Source of the DNA: Gemmatimonadota bacterium
GTDB lineage: Bacteria; Gemmatimonadota; Gemmatimonadetes; Gemmatimonadales; GWC2-71-9
NCBI GenBank assembly: GCA_029262195.1
Contig: JAJCZX010000030.1
Coordinates: 497,615-561,614 of the forward strand
DNA length: 64,000 nt
Direction: 5' to 3'
The translations under genes were made by a program, and so were the position numbers. This document shows positions 44,126 to 52,913 of this stretch, in pieces. The stretch's first letter is position 1. Every line of letters starts with the position of its first letter. The notes beneath the pieces were generated by a model that was given only the letters and a program-made list of their open reading frames with translations, was not told the DNA's origin and did no database searches.

Positions 44126-44648
44126 CTTCCAAGAGTTCTCTGAGCCTTCTGCAGGCCCGGTTAACCCTCATCTTTAATGCCGAGACGCCCACTCCGGTCA
44201 CCTCAGCCATTTCATCGTAACGCAACTCTTCCACATACTTCAGTATGAATGCCTCCCGCTGGTCGGCGGGCAGTTCGGATAGGGCGCGTTCTATTTCTTC
44301 TCGCCATCCGTATTCGGACTGTTTCATGTCCGACGCATTCAGGATTGCAATTTCGTCTGTAACGAAGAGACGATCTCGCCTTCCCCTGATTGACCCCGCA
44401 GTGCGCGCCCGATTCACCAGGATTTTAAAAACCCACCGACCGAACAGTTCCGGATCCTGGCAATTCTTCAGCGACTTGAAGGCCCTGACAAAGGTGTCCT
44501 GAAGGACTTCTTCCGAATCCTCTAGATTCCCGAGCATCCGATACGCATAACGGCCAAGTCGATCCCGGTATCTTTCAACCAGAATCGCATACCGGTCAAC
44601 ATCTCCGGCCAGCACCGAGCGTACTAATTGTCCGTCAGATTCCACCAT
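44109..44648 (-). CDS. RNA polymerase ECF-type sigma-70 factor
   Basis: 179 aa. Region 2 (LQDTFVRAFKSL...FGRWVFKILVNRA) and region 4 (LPADQREAFILKYVEELRYDEMAEVTGVGVSALKMRVNRA). Confidence 0.9.
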   Translation of the reverse strand: MVESDGQLVRSVLAGDVDRYAILVERYRDRLGRYAYRMLGNLEDSEEVLQDTFVRAFKSLKNCQDPELFGRWVFKILVNRARTAGSIRGRRDRLFVTDEIAILNASDMKQSEYGWREEIERALSELPADQREAFILKYVEELRYDEMAEVTGVGVSALKMRVNRACRRLRELLEGVYRE

Positions 44649-44784
44649 AAATTATGACTCGCTTCATAACCGGTCGGTCACAACCGGATTGGGGGATACC
44701 GAACTGATACCCCTGACCCTGATAAATGTGACCCTTTCAAGCTGATTCGGGTAGAGCAAAATCGGCAGAACACGCAAAATCACG

Positions 44785-45783
44785 ATGATTTGCGTATTTC
44801 CCCGTTTTGGGGCAAGATTCCCACATTCTAACCAGAAGGAAATTCGTTTGTCGAAGAAGGTGGTCGTCCGCCGCGGCGAGGATCAATTCGAACTCGTCCG
44901 CGTGATATTTGATCGAGGACTGCAGGTTCTGCATTCTGATTCTGGGTGGCTGGTGCCTTCCTCCCGCACGCACCATACCCTGCAAACGCCCGAAGAGTTC
45001 GAGGAGAGGTTTGCTGCCCGCAGGATAACCGTTTATCGCGACATCGCCCCGTTCCTTTACCCTCGCCAGGTGTTGGACAAGCTTGGTAACAAATTGAGCA
45101 CGCCCAGATACCTTGCCGGATACGTCGAAGACAGTCGGCGACGGGTGTACAAATACCAGGTCGAGCACTTCCTGTTTACAGCCGTGACTCATCTCGCCTA
45201 TCTGGCTGAAGCCTACGCTGGCCTGGCCGTGTTAAAAAACCATGACGAATGGCAAATCGGCCAGGACGCAGTCATCACGTCCTCCCGTCACCTTTATAAC
45301 TCCGCGTTGCTGCATTCCGAGTCCATCTTCGCCGCTCTGGCCTCAGCGCTGCATTCCTCAAGACACCTAGTTTGGCGCTGGAGAACCCGAACCCCCTCAT
45401 CGCTTGCAGAAACCCTGGAAATCTGTGCCGCAATGAACGACGAATTCCTGAATCCCCACGTAGAATGCCTCAGCGATTGCCTGACGATTTGGGGAGACCG
45501 CATCGAAGCGTATCGGGACTGCGGGGCACACTACCATTCGGAGGAGACACTCGGCGGCAGATCGGGCGGGGATCTACTCGTTGACGACATCTGGGAGATT
45601 CTCATCGACCTCCCCGACAACCCCGAGGCCCACCCGAACAATTTCACTTTTGCAGACGACATCGACGCCCTCGATTTGGGATGGGACGCAACCACAGCCG
45701 TAGTGCGGGCATTCGAAGCGAGCCTTCCCGAATTCTTCCACAACGCCGACCTCTTTGAACATCACGCCCGCCGCTGGATCTGA
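44785..45783 (+). CDS. Hypothetical protein (orphan, opposite strand to both neighbours)
   Basis: 332-aa ORF. An alternative TTG start at 44848 is preceded by AAGGAA. No family recognised. Contains an R-D-x3-H motif (RDCGAH, nt 45514-45531). Confidence 0.5.
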   Translation: MICVFPRFGARFPHSNQKEIRLSKKVVVRRGEDQFELVRVIFDRGLQVLHSDSGWLVPSSRTHHTLQTPEEFEERFAARRITVYRDIAPFLYPRQVLDKLGNKLSTPRYLAGYVEDSRRRVYKYQVEHFLFTAVTHLAYLAEAYAGLAVLKNHDEWQIGQDAVITSSRHLYNSALLHSESIFAALASALHSSRHLVWRWRTRTPSSLAETLEICAAMNDEFLNPHVECLSDCLTIWGDRIEAYRDCGAHYHSEETLGGRSGGDLLVDDIWEILIDLPDNPEAHPNNFTFADDIDALDLGWDATTAVVRAFEASLPEFFHNADLFEHHARRWI

Positions 45784-45786
45784 GAG

Positions 45787-45856
45787 GTCGGAAGTAAGAA
45801 GAAAGACGTTAGAAGAAAAAGCTCTAACTTCCGATTTCTAACTTCTAATTTCCTAG
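45787..45856. repeat. Palindromic heptamer array: 5 forward GTTAGAA-type units + 5 inverted units
   Basis: GTCGGAA GTAAGAA GAAAGAC GTTAGAA GAAAAAG | CTCTAAC TTCCGAT TTCTAAC TTCTAAT TTCCTAG. Lies between convergent stops and overlaps the PAP2 stop codon at 45853-45855. Confidence 0.75.
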
Positions 45857-46605
45857 AATTTTATTTCGTGCACCAACCAGGCGCTGGCCGATCCAAGCGC
45901 CGCGCCGACGAGAACGTCCGACGGGAAATGGTACCGTGATGCAACGCGTGCGACCCCAACACCTACCATTGACGCCACCGTCACAACTTTCGCGAGAGTG
46001 CTCGCCTGCCCTCCCATACTTTTCAGGTAGCTCACGCCCATAGCGAAGGCGATGGTCGAATGGCCCGACGGAAACGACTTTGTAGCCTCCGATGCGCGGA
46101 AACCGTCCAGATCAAAGGCATCCTCAGAAAAAGTGAATGGACGGCGCCGTCCCACTATTTCCTTGAAGTTGAGAGTTATGGCGTAGGCAAGAGATGCGGA
46201 CTCCAACGACGCAACCGCATGTGATAGGCCCGTGCCGTCGTCACGGAGGTATAGATCAAGCAGAGAAAGTCCGCCGAAAGCGCCCAATAAAAGAGTGGAA
46301 GCATCTGATATTCCGTCACGTGATGTGCCGGTAACCCAGCGTTCGAAACCGGGAACGTCGTTACGGTCGCACGGGGCACAATCAAGCGGCGGGGCTTCGT
46401 TTATTGCGATTGAAAGCAAAGCCAATCCACCAGCCGCAGAGACAATCCCGATGTCGCCAACACCCCCGACCGGCTCCGGATTCGCAGGAGACAGAATTCT
46501 CAAGGCATGGTCAGCCGCAGGATAGAGTGATCGGGAAAAAGCGGTAGACGGTCCCTGCCCTGCCACAAGGCTGGCGGGGAAAAGGAAAAGGGCCCCGGCG
46601 ACCAT
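45853..46605 (-). CDS. PAP2-family (type 2 phosphatidic acid / acid) phosphatase, membrane protein
   Basis: ORF 45853..46797 overlaps the upstream gene by 140 nt, so I start at ATG 46605 (uncertain). Motifs KEIVGRRRP, PSGHST and SRYHFPSDVLVGAALG give the KxxxxxxRP / PSGH / SRxxxxxHxxxD signature. Confidence 0.8.
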   Translation of the reverse strand: MVAGALFLFPASLVAGQGPSTAFSRSLYPAADHALRILSPANPEPVGGVGDIGIVSAAGGLALLSIAINEAPPLDCAPCDRNDVPGFERWVTGTSRDGISDASTLLLGAFGGLSLLDLYLRDDGTGLSHAVASLESASLAYAITLNFKEIVGRRRPFTFSEDAFDLDGFRASEATKSFPSGHSTIAFAMGVSYLKSMGGQASTLAKVVTVASMVGVGVARVASRYHFPSDVLVGAALGSASAWLVHEIKF

Positions 46606-46657
46606 AAATGCGCCCACGGGACCCGAGCCCTTAACAAATTGCAGTTTGCACGAAGGG

Positions 46658-47440
46658 TTAATCAATGAGATTAGCCAGCCCTCCAAGTACGCCGCCCTCG
46701 CCCTTCTGGGTTCCCCCGGCTCTGGGAGCGTGAGCAATGATTCTGTCCGCCATGCGGGAGAAAGGCAAACTCTGGAGCCAAACGGTTCCATGGCCACGCA
46801 GGGTGGTCAGAAACATGCCTTCTCCACCGAAAAACATTGATTTGAGGTTACCTGCGCGTTCAATCGAGTAATCAATCTGCTTCGTAAACGCGACCAGACA
46901 GCCCGTATCAACCCGGAGTGATTCCCCGTTGAGATCCATGCGAATGATGGTTCCGCATGCGTGCGCGAAAGCCATTCCGTCACCGACCAATTTCTGCAGA
47001 ATAAATCCTTCGCCGCCGAAAAAACCTGCGCCAAGTTTCCGCGCAAATGCAATACTGAGTTGAGTGCCGAGCGCAGCGCAAAGGAACGCATCCTTCTGAA
47101 GAATTATTTCGTTGTCGAGTGTAGCCATGTCAAGAGGAACGATCTTGCCAGGATAGGGAGCGGCAAAGGCCACCCGGCGTTTCTCTCCACCATGGTTAGT
47201 AAAGTGAGTCAGGAAAAGCGACTCGCCGGTCAGCGCTCTCTTGCCCGCCGACATGAGTTTGCTCATCAGCCCTTGATCGGGCGTCGACCCATCACCCATT
47301 CGCGATTCGAACTCGATTCCCTCTTCTAGGTAATTCATTGCCCCGGCTTCGGCCACTACGCACTCGCCCGGGTCCAGTTCAACCTCGACCATTTGCATAT
47401 CATCGCCGATTATTTCGTAATCAACCTCGTGACATCTCAT
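46658..47440 (-). CDS. TIGR00266/AIM24 family protein
   Basis: 260 aa. [39 protein letters not shown]...[13 protein letters not shown]....G is the typical family pattern. Confidence 0.8.
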   Translation of the reverse strand: MRCHEVDYEIIGDDMQMVEVELDPGECVVAEAGAMNYLEEGIEFESRMGDGSTPDQGLMSKLMSAGKRALTGESLFLTHFTNHGGEKRRVAFAAPYPGKIVPLDMATLDNEIILQKDAFLCAALGTQLSIAFARKLGAGFFGGEGFILQKLVGDGMAFAHACGTIIRMDLNGESLRVDTGCLVAFTKQIDYSIERAGNLKSMFFGGEGMFLTTLRGHGTVWLQSLPFSRMADRIIAHAPRAGGTQKGEGGVLGGLANLID

Positions 47441-47556
47441 CGCTCAGTATTCCGCCGTTTGAATTGGACTGGAAAATCTACAGATGCACGGGCGGGGTCA
47501 ATGACTTCTGGATTCGTCAATTCCCGCCGGTGCCCGCCCGGCTTATCTTGGATGCC

Positions 47557-48687
47557 ATGTCCGACTCCTTATCCCCATCAGAGACTCTTAGATATTCTCG
47601 CCACCTCATCCTTCCGCAGGTCGGCGTCGAGGGACAGCGAAAGTTGAAGGATGCCCGGGTCCTAATCGTTGGAGCCGGCGGGCTGGGGTCACCTTCGGCT
47701 CTCTACCTTGCAGCGGCTGGAGTGGGAACAATCGGCCTCGTTGATTTTGATGACGTCGAAGTGTCCAACCTGCAGCGCCAGATAATTCACGATACCGATT
47801 CCGTTGGAAAATCAAAGCTGGAATCTGCCGCGGCACGATTGGGGGCACTCAACCCTCTGATAAACGTGATTCCAATCAAAGAACGGATCACCTCCGCAAA
47901 CGCCCTGGACCTGATGCGGGGTTACGATGTGGTGCTGGATGGTAGCGACAATTTTCCAACTCGCTACCTCATTAACGACGCCTGTGCCCTGCTAGGGATC
48001 CCGAACGTTTACGGTTCGATTTTTCAATTCGATGGACAAGCTTCCGTCTTTTCTACCCACGACGGACCATGTTACCGATGTCTTTTTCGTGACCCGCCCC
48101 CACCGGACCTCGTTCCATCATGCGCTGAAGGAGGCGTTTTCGGTGTATTGCCAGGAATCATAGGATCGATTCAAGCCCTGGAAGCAATCAAGCTCGTACT
48201 CGGCATCGGAGAAAACCTCGTCGGGAGGTTTCTGATGTTTGATGCCCTCAAAATTTCCTTCCGGGAAATTGCGCTAAAGAAAGACCCCGATTGCCCCCTA
48301 TGCGGCTTAACGCCGACTATCACCGAACTCATCGATTATGAACAGTTTTGTGGAGCAGCACCCGTAATGAATGGACCCGAAATACACGTTGGAGAGCTGG
48401 CCAGTCAAATTCAGGATGGCGAATCAGTCACACTGATTGATGTCCGCGAACCACATGAGAGAGCTATTTGCGAAATATCGGATAGCGAACTGATACCAAT
48501 GGGAGACCTCCCCCGTCGGCTTGAAGACCTGAGAGGCAAGCCAAATCTGGTCCTCTATTGCCACACCGGCGTACGGTCTTTACACGCCGTTCGTTTCCTT
48601 GAATCTGCGGGAATCAGCGGCCAAAGTTTGAGGGGTGGAATCAACGCCTGGTCGTTGGAAATAGATCCGGCCGTTCCGCGTTATTGA
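47557..48687 (+). CDS. moeB: Molybdopterin-synthase adenylyltransferase/sulfurtransferase (MoeB/ThiF domain fused to rhodanese; MoeZ-like)
   Basis: ORF 47338..48687. I start at ATG 47557 (MSDSLSPSETLRYSRHLILPQVG). RVLIVGAGGLGSPSALYLAAAGVG, a CxxC pair (CYRC...CPLC), and a C-terminal rhodanese domain with active-site CHTGVRS. Confidence 0.9.
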   Translation: MSDSLSPSETLRYSRHLILPQVGVEGQRKLKDARVLIVGAGGLGSPSALYLAAAGVGTIGLVDFDDVEVSNLQRQIIHDTDSVGKSKLESAAARLGALNPLINVIPIKERITSANALDLMRGYDVVLDGSDNFPTRYLINDACALLGIPNVYGSIFQFDGQASVFSTHDGPCYRCLFRDPPPPDLVPSCAEGGVFGVLPGIIGSIQALEAIKLVLGIGENLVGRFLMFDALKISFREIALKKDPDCPLCGLTPTITELIDYEQFCGAAPVMNGPEIHVGELASQIQDGESVTLIDVREPHERAICEISDSELIPMGDLPRRLEDLRGKPNLVLYCHTGVRSLHAVRFLESAGISGQSLRGGINAWSLEIDPAVPRY

Positions 48688-48689
48688 AT

Positions 48690-49922
48690 ATGGACGCCTT
48701 TGACTCCAAGCGCATCTTACTGGCGGACGCCGACGCTTTTTTTGTGTCTGTGGCGCGGTTGGTGGACCCGGAAGGCGCTGGTCGGAAAAAGTTGTTAATC
48801 GTCGGTGGGAGCCCCGACGGACGGGGGGTGGTAACATCTGCCTCGTACGAAGCCAGAGCATACGGTGTTAGATCCGCGATGCCTACGGGCAAAGCTTTAA
48901 AGCTCTGTCCGGGTGCCACCGTGGTGGGAGTGCCCCGCAAAGAATGCGTCGAGCGGAGCAAAGCCGTACGGGTTATCCTGCAGGATTTTTCTCCGTCGGT
49001 AGAACAGGCAAGCATCGACGAGTTTTATATCGACATGTCCGGCACCGAAGGCCTCTTTGGCCCCGACCTGAAATTCACGGCAGACGAGATCAGGAAACGA
49101 GTGCTTGAAGAAACCGGGCTTCCGTTTTCGATCGGAGGGGGAACGAGCAAACTTCTCGCGAAGCTCGCGGCCCAACGAGCCAAACCCCACCTGGACAACG
49201 ACGGTGTCTACATCGTCGCCCCCGGCGACGAAATCGAGTTCATGCGACTCCATCGTCTCGGAGAAATCCCGCTCATCGGTCCAAAGTTCGTGGAACGCCT
49301 GGAGAAGATCGGACTTCAAAACGTCGAGCAGGCCTTGAGGCTCGACGCCGACGCGATGGTAGCATTGATGGGCGAGAGAACCGGACGTTGGTTTTACCGC
49401 CGAATCAGGGGACTTGATGCATCGCGGGTTCGCGCGGGGAGGCCAAACAAATCGCTCAGCCATGAGGGGACGTTCGCGAGAGACATATCAAATGACGCAG
49501 AGCTAGAAAAACGGCTCCTGGCCTTTTCAACCCGCGTTGCCGCCGATGTTCGCAAAAAAAGGATGAAGGCGAAGACGATAAGCGTAAAAATTCGCTATCA
49601 CGATTTCAAGACGCGTCAGGCCAACAGCACTTTTACCTACCCCGTGTCAGCGGACAGACCCATTTGCGAGGAGGCTCTGACTTTGTTGCGCCGATTGCGA
49701 AAAGCCAGAAACGCGCCTGTCAGACTATTGGGCGTTTCTTTGTCACACCTCAACCCTGCGACAGGAGAGTGGCAACAACTTGGCTTATTCGGGGACCCGG
49801 AAAAGGGAATGGAAACCGATCACGACATTGTTCTATCTAAAGCTGTAGACAACATCACGACAAAATTTGGTCACAAGGGAATAGTAAGGGCGACGGAGGT
49901 CAAGCCCAGAGAAAAGGACTAG
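48690..49922 (+). CDS. dinB: DNA polymerase IV (Y-family translesion polymerase)
   Basis: About 410 aa. ILLADADAFFVSV...SYEARAYGVRSAMP...SIDEFYIDM...IGGGTSKLLAKLA are DinB motifs. I use ATG 48690. The track ORF starts at TTG 48684, overlapping the moeB stop. Confidence 0.9.
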   Translation: MDAFDSKRILLADADAFFVSVARLVDPEGAGRKKLLIVGGSPDGRGVVTSASYEARAYGVRSAMPTGKALKLCPGATVVGVPRKECVERSKAVRVILQDFSPSVEQASIDEFYIDMSGTEGLFGPDLKFTADEIRKRVLEETGLPFSIGGGTSKLLAKLAAQRAKPHLDNDGVYIVAPGDEIEFMRLHRLGEIPLIGPKFVERLEKIGLQNVEQALRLDADAMVALMGERTGRWFYRRIRGLDASRVRAGRPNKSLSHEGTFARDISNDAELEKRLLAFSTRVAADVRKKRMKAKTISVKIRYHDFKTRQANSTFTYPVSADRPICEEALTLLRRLRKARNAPVRLLGVSLSHLNPATGEWQQLGLFGDPEKGMETDHDIVLSKAVDNITTKFGHKGIVRATEVKPREKD

Positions 49923-50677
49923 GTACTGAACCGCTCGAGAAACGCCCTCTCGTCTACAGTGAGCGCCTCAACACCCATGCGGGTAATCTTGTCCAACACA
50001 CGATCAAGTTCCTCGCGGTTGATCTCGTGGAGGCCGTCCCGGGAGATGTTCTTCCACTTGTTAACGTTGGCGTTAGACACCGGCCCGGTAGCTGCCTGCC
50101 CACCGGCCGCGGCGCGTTTGAACTTCTCCGCCTGAGAGTTGCGTGAACGAAGACGCATAAACAGAAATCCAACAACCATTCCTCCCAGGTGAGCGAAATG
50201 AGCCGTGTTGTTTTGAATGACACCCAACCCGCCCCAGATAGCTGTGAGTCCCTGGAAGATCACGAGCCAACGTACCGGCATTGGTATCACAAAGAACAAC
50301 AGGATACGCTCGTGAGGCCAGAGCATAACAAAAGCTGTCATCACGCCAAGCACCGCCCCCGAGGCGCCAATTATGAGGACTCCCGGGCTGAAAAACGAGA
50401 GTAAGGCTCCCCCGAGTCCGCTGTACAGATACAACTTCAGGAACGACGCACCACCCAACCGGTCTTCTAAACGTGATCCGAAGAAATAGAGAAACAACAT
50501 GTTGAACAACAGGTGCCACGTGTCGGCGTGGAGAAACATGTAGGTCACCAACGACCACGGTTGGATGAAAACCGCAGCCGGGTAGAAACCAAAAACCCGC
50601 GCGGCGATTGGATTGTTGACCGTTACCAGGAACGCCAGAGCGTTGGTGATCAGCAGCCTTTTCACCCAGGGCGTCAT
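49919..50677 (-). CDS. Rhomboid family intramembrane serine protease
   Basis: ORF 49919..50728. ATG 50677 (MTPWVKRLLITNALAFLV). WHLLFNMLFLYFFG, GASGAVLGV (catalytic Ser) and AHFAHLGG (catalytic His). The stop overlaps the dinB stop (convergent, 4 nt). Confidence 0.85.
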   Translation of the reverse strand: MTPWVKRLLITNALAFLVTVNNPIAARVFGFYPAAVFIQPWSLVTYMFLHADTWHLLFNMLFLYFFGSRLEDRLGGASFLKLYLYSGLGGALLSFFSPGVLIIGASGAVLGVMTAFVMLWPHERILLFFVIPMPVRWLVIFQGLTAIWGGLGVIQNNTAHFAHLGGMVVGFLFMRLRSRNSQAEKFKRAAAGGQAATGPVSNANVNKWKNISRDGLHEINREELDRVLDKITRMGVEALTVDERAFLERFST

Positions 50678-50982
50678 ATACACGTAGTCGTTCTCACCTT
50701 TTCTTGCATTTATTAAAAGTAACCTCATCCATGAATGGCTGCCCTACCGCACACGGTTGGATGCTGTTTAGGACTTAAATTGGCACAATTCCACCCAAAT
50801 GCTCTGCGCAGGCATTAGAACACGAGAACGACCCCCGGGGTCCGTTCGCTGGTGGCGAGAAGGGCAGCTTGATTTTCCCACCAAGATCGCATTACTTCCC
50901 GTTAGGACCGGTTTCTACCGTCCTGCGGGGGATTAAAATGGCTGGGTGCTGAGCACCCTGCCCGAGCAAACAAGGTGCAAAC

Positions 50983-51369
50983 ATGTTGGCACACCCAGTT
51001 GACCTCGACGTCACCGGGTATGGCGTCAGGCACTCCTCCGCACAGGCTTCAGTGGTTCATTATAATTTCATGCCTCGTCTGCTGCGAGGTCTCGAGCGAG
51101 CAGTCCTTGTGTGGGTAGTCGCCATTCCACTGATGTTTATCCCGTTCCTGGCGATCCTCGTTTTACCGGCGGCGATCGGATTGAGCGTCTATCTGATCTA
51201 TTCTCGGATGCACGCTCCAGACGTGGCCAGAGCCTGTAAAGGTACCTGCCCGGACTGCGGCTTCGAGCAAGCGTTTGATCTCCCCCTCAAATTCGAATTA
51301 CCACTGGACGTGGAATGCGCGAGGTGCAATAGAGAATTGAGGTTGGAAGAACATCATTTCGCGAACTGA
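50983..51369 (+). CDS. Hypothetical membrane protein with C-terminal zinc-ribbon-like CxxC pairs
   Basis: 128 aa. Two TM helices, then CKGTCPDCG...CARCN. Confidence 0.4.
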   Translation: MLAHPVDLDVTGYGVRHSSAQASVVHYNFMPRLLRGLERAVLVWVVAIPLMFIPFLAILVLPAAIGLSVYLIYSRMHAPDVARACKGTCPDCGFEQAFDLPLKFELPLDVECARCNRELRLEEHHFAN

Positions 51370-51553
51370 ATTTTCAGGCGAGACAAAGCCTCTTTCTTAA
51401 GTTGTGGGCTGCTAGTGGTCTGCAACTAAGAAATGGGTGCGTTCCGGTATTCGGTTCGGCGGATGAATCCGTCGCTTTGCCCCTGGCGGGTCCGTCTTAA
51501 AAGACGGGGGAATCGAGTCGTCCCCCACCTACCGACTTACCCACCTACCGACC

Positions 51554-52759
51554 CTACCCTGTCATCCCCCTGAAGTCCGCCCCCGTAGGATTCTGGAAGA
51601 CACTCAACCCGAACTCCGGCACAATTGCCAGAAGATGATCAAAGATGTCCGATTGCAGGCCTTCGTAGGCGATCCAGTCGGTGTCGTTTGAGAAGACATA
51701 TATCTGAATCGGGACACCATGAATTCCGGGCTCCAACTGACGAATCAGGAAAGTCATTTTGTCGTGTATCATCGGGTGGCTGCGCAAATATCCAGCTATG
51801 TAAGCCCTGAAGGTACCGATGTTAGTGAGCTTCCTGGAGTTGGCGATGATGCCCGAAGCATCATTCTTATTGGCCTCAGCTAGCGCTTTTTTCTTTTCAC
51901 ATATGTATTCGTCAAGAGCACGAAATTTTTCAAAACGCTCGAGGTCATCGTCTTCCAAAAAGCGGATCGAGTGCATATCCAGATTTATCGATCTTTTGAT
52001 CCGCCTGCCGCCGGACAACGACATTCCTCGCCAGTTCTTAAACGAGTCATCGATGAGCTTGTAGGTAGGGATCGTCGTGATCGTTTTGTCCCAGTTCTGG
52101 ATCTTGACAGTGTGGAGGGCAATGTCTATTACATCACCATCGGCCGAGTATTTCGGCATCTCAATCCAGTCCCCTACTCTGACCATGTCGTTACTGGCTA
52201 TCTGCACGCTGGCAACCAGCGAAAGAATAGTGTCCTTGAAAATGAGGAGTAGAACCGCCGTCAGGGCACCGACACCGCTGAGTAGCAACAACGGCGACCG
52301 GCCCAGCAGGTTGGCCACAACAACAACGGCGCCTAGTGCAAAGAGGATGATTTTGAGGACCTGAAGGTAGCCTTTGATGGGCCGAGTTTTCGAAACTGGA
52401 TACCTGCTGTAAATCTCGCCCGCTGCATTAATGAGCCCGCTGGCCGATGCAAGCAAAACGATCAACATGATCGCAACTGAAAGCCGCTCAACGTGGGATT
52501 GCAGGCCTTCCGGGATCCCGGGGACGATCTGAGCGCCGTAGTAAATGACCATCGCTGGCGCGATATGGGCCAATCGCTCAAATACCAGGTTACTGTGCAA
52601 GGCGTCGTCCCAATCGCTTTCGGTCTTCTTCACGAAACGCACGATAAGTCGAGCGACAAGTCTGGAAGCGATTAGATAACTGATGTATGCGCCGAGAAGA
52701 ACAATCAGGGTTCCGAGAATTGAGTCAGCGTATGGGAGGTCGGCGAAGAATTGAGACAT
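51554..52759 (-). CDS. Mechanosensitive ion channel (MscS) family protein
   Basis: 401 aa. Several TM helices, then VRVGDWIEMPKYSADGDVIDIALHTVKIQNWDKTITTIPTYKLIDDSFKNW (MscS beta-domain signature). Confidence 0.85.
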   Translation of the reverse strand: MSQFFADLPYADSILGTLIVLLGAYISYLIASRLVARLIVRFVKKTESDWDDALHSNLVFERLAHIAPAMVIYYGAQIVPGIPEGLQSHVERLSVAIMLIVLLASASGLINAAGEIYSRYPVSKTRPIKGYLQVLKIILFALGAVVVVANLLGRSPLLLLSGVGALTAVLLLIFKDTILSLVASVQIASNDMVRVGDWIEMPKYSADGDVIDIALHTVKIQNWDKTITTIPTYKLIDDSFKNWRGMSLSGGRRIKRSINLDMHSIRFLEDDDLERFEKFRALDEYICEKKKALAEANKNDASGIIANSRKLTNIGTFRAYIAGYLRSHPMIHDKMTFLIRQLEPGIHGVPIQIYVFSNDTDWIAYEGLQSDIFDHLLAIVPEFGLSVFQNPTGADFRGMTG

Positions 52760-52913
52760 GAGTAAAGTCAGGAGTTAGAAGTTAGAAGTCAGACGGGGAA
52801 AGTTGTCAGTTGTCAATTGTCAGATGTCAGATGTCAGATGTCAGTTGTCAGTTGTCAGATGTCAGATGTCAGATGTCAGATGTCAGATGTCAGATGTCAG
52901 ATGTCAGATGTCA
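52760..52913. repeat. 22-unit in-phase heptanucleotide tandem array ending in (GATGTCA)8
   Basis: Counted base by base: GAGTAAA GTCAGGA GTTAGAA GTTAGAA GTCAGAC GGGGAAA (GTTGTCA)2 ATTGTCA (GATGTCA)3 (GTTGTCA)2 (GATGTCA)8 = 154 nt. Starts at the base adjacent to the mscS-family start codon (52757-52759). Confidence 0.95.

Noticed and set aside
44737-45192. 151-aa minus-strand ORF overlapping the 5' part of the orphan gene
   Set aside because: It is shorter than the overlapping 332-aa plus-strand ORF and has no recognisable features. I kept the longer ORF, though neither is strongly supported.
50729-50982. 254-nt non-coding region between the rhomboid gene and 50983-51369, examined as a possible ncRNA/riboswitch (some local stems around 50840-50930)
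   Set aside because: I could not match it to any RNA family consensus I know (SRP, 6S, tmRNA, RNase P, common riboswitches). It is equally well explained as a divergent promoter region.
52760-52913. Possibility that the repeat arrays are CRISPR arrays
   Set aside because: The units are 7 nt and directly abutting, with no spacers. No cas genes are in the window.
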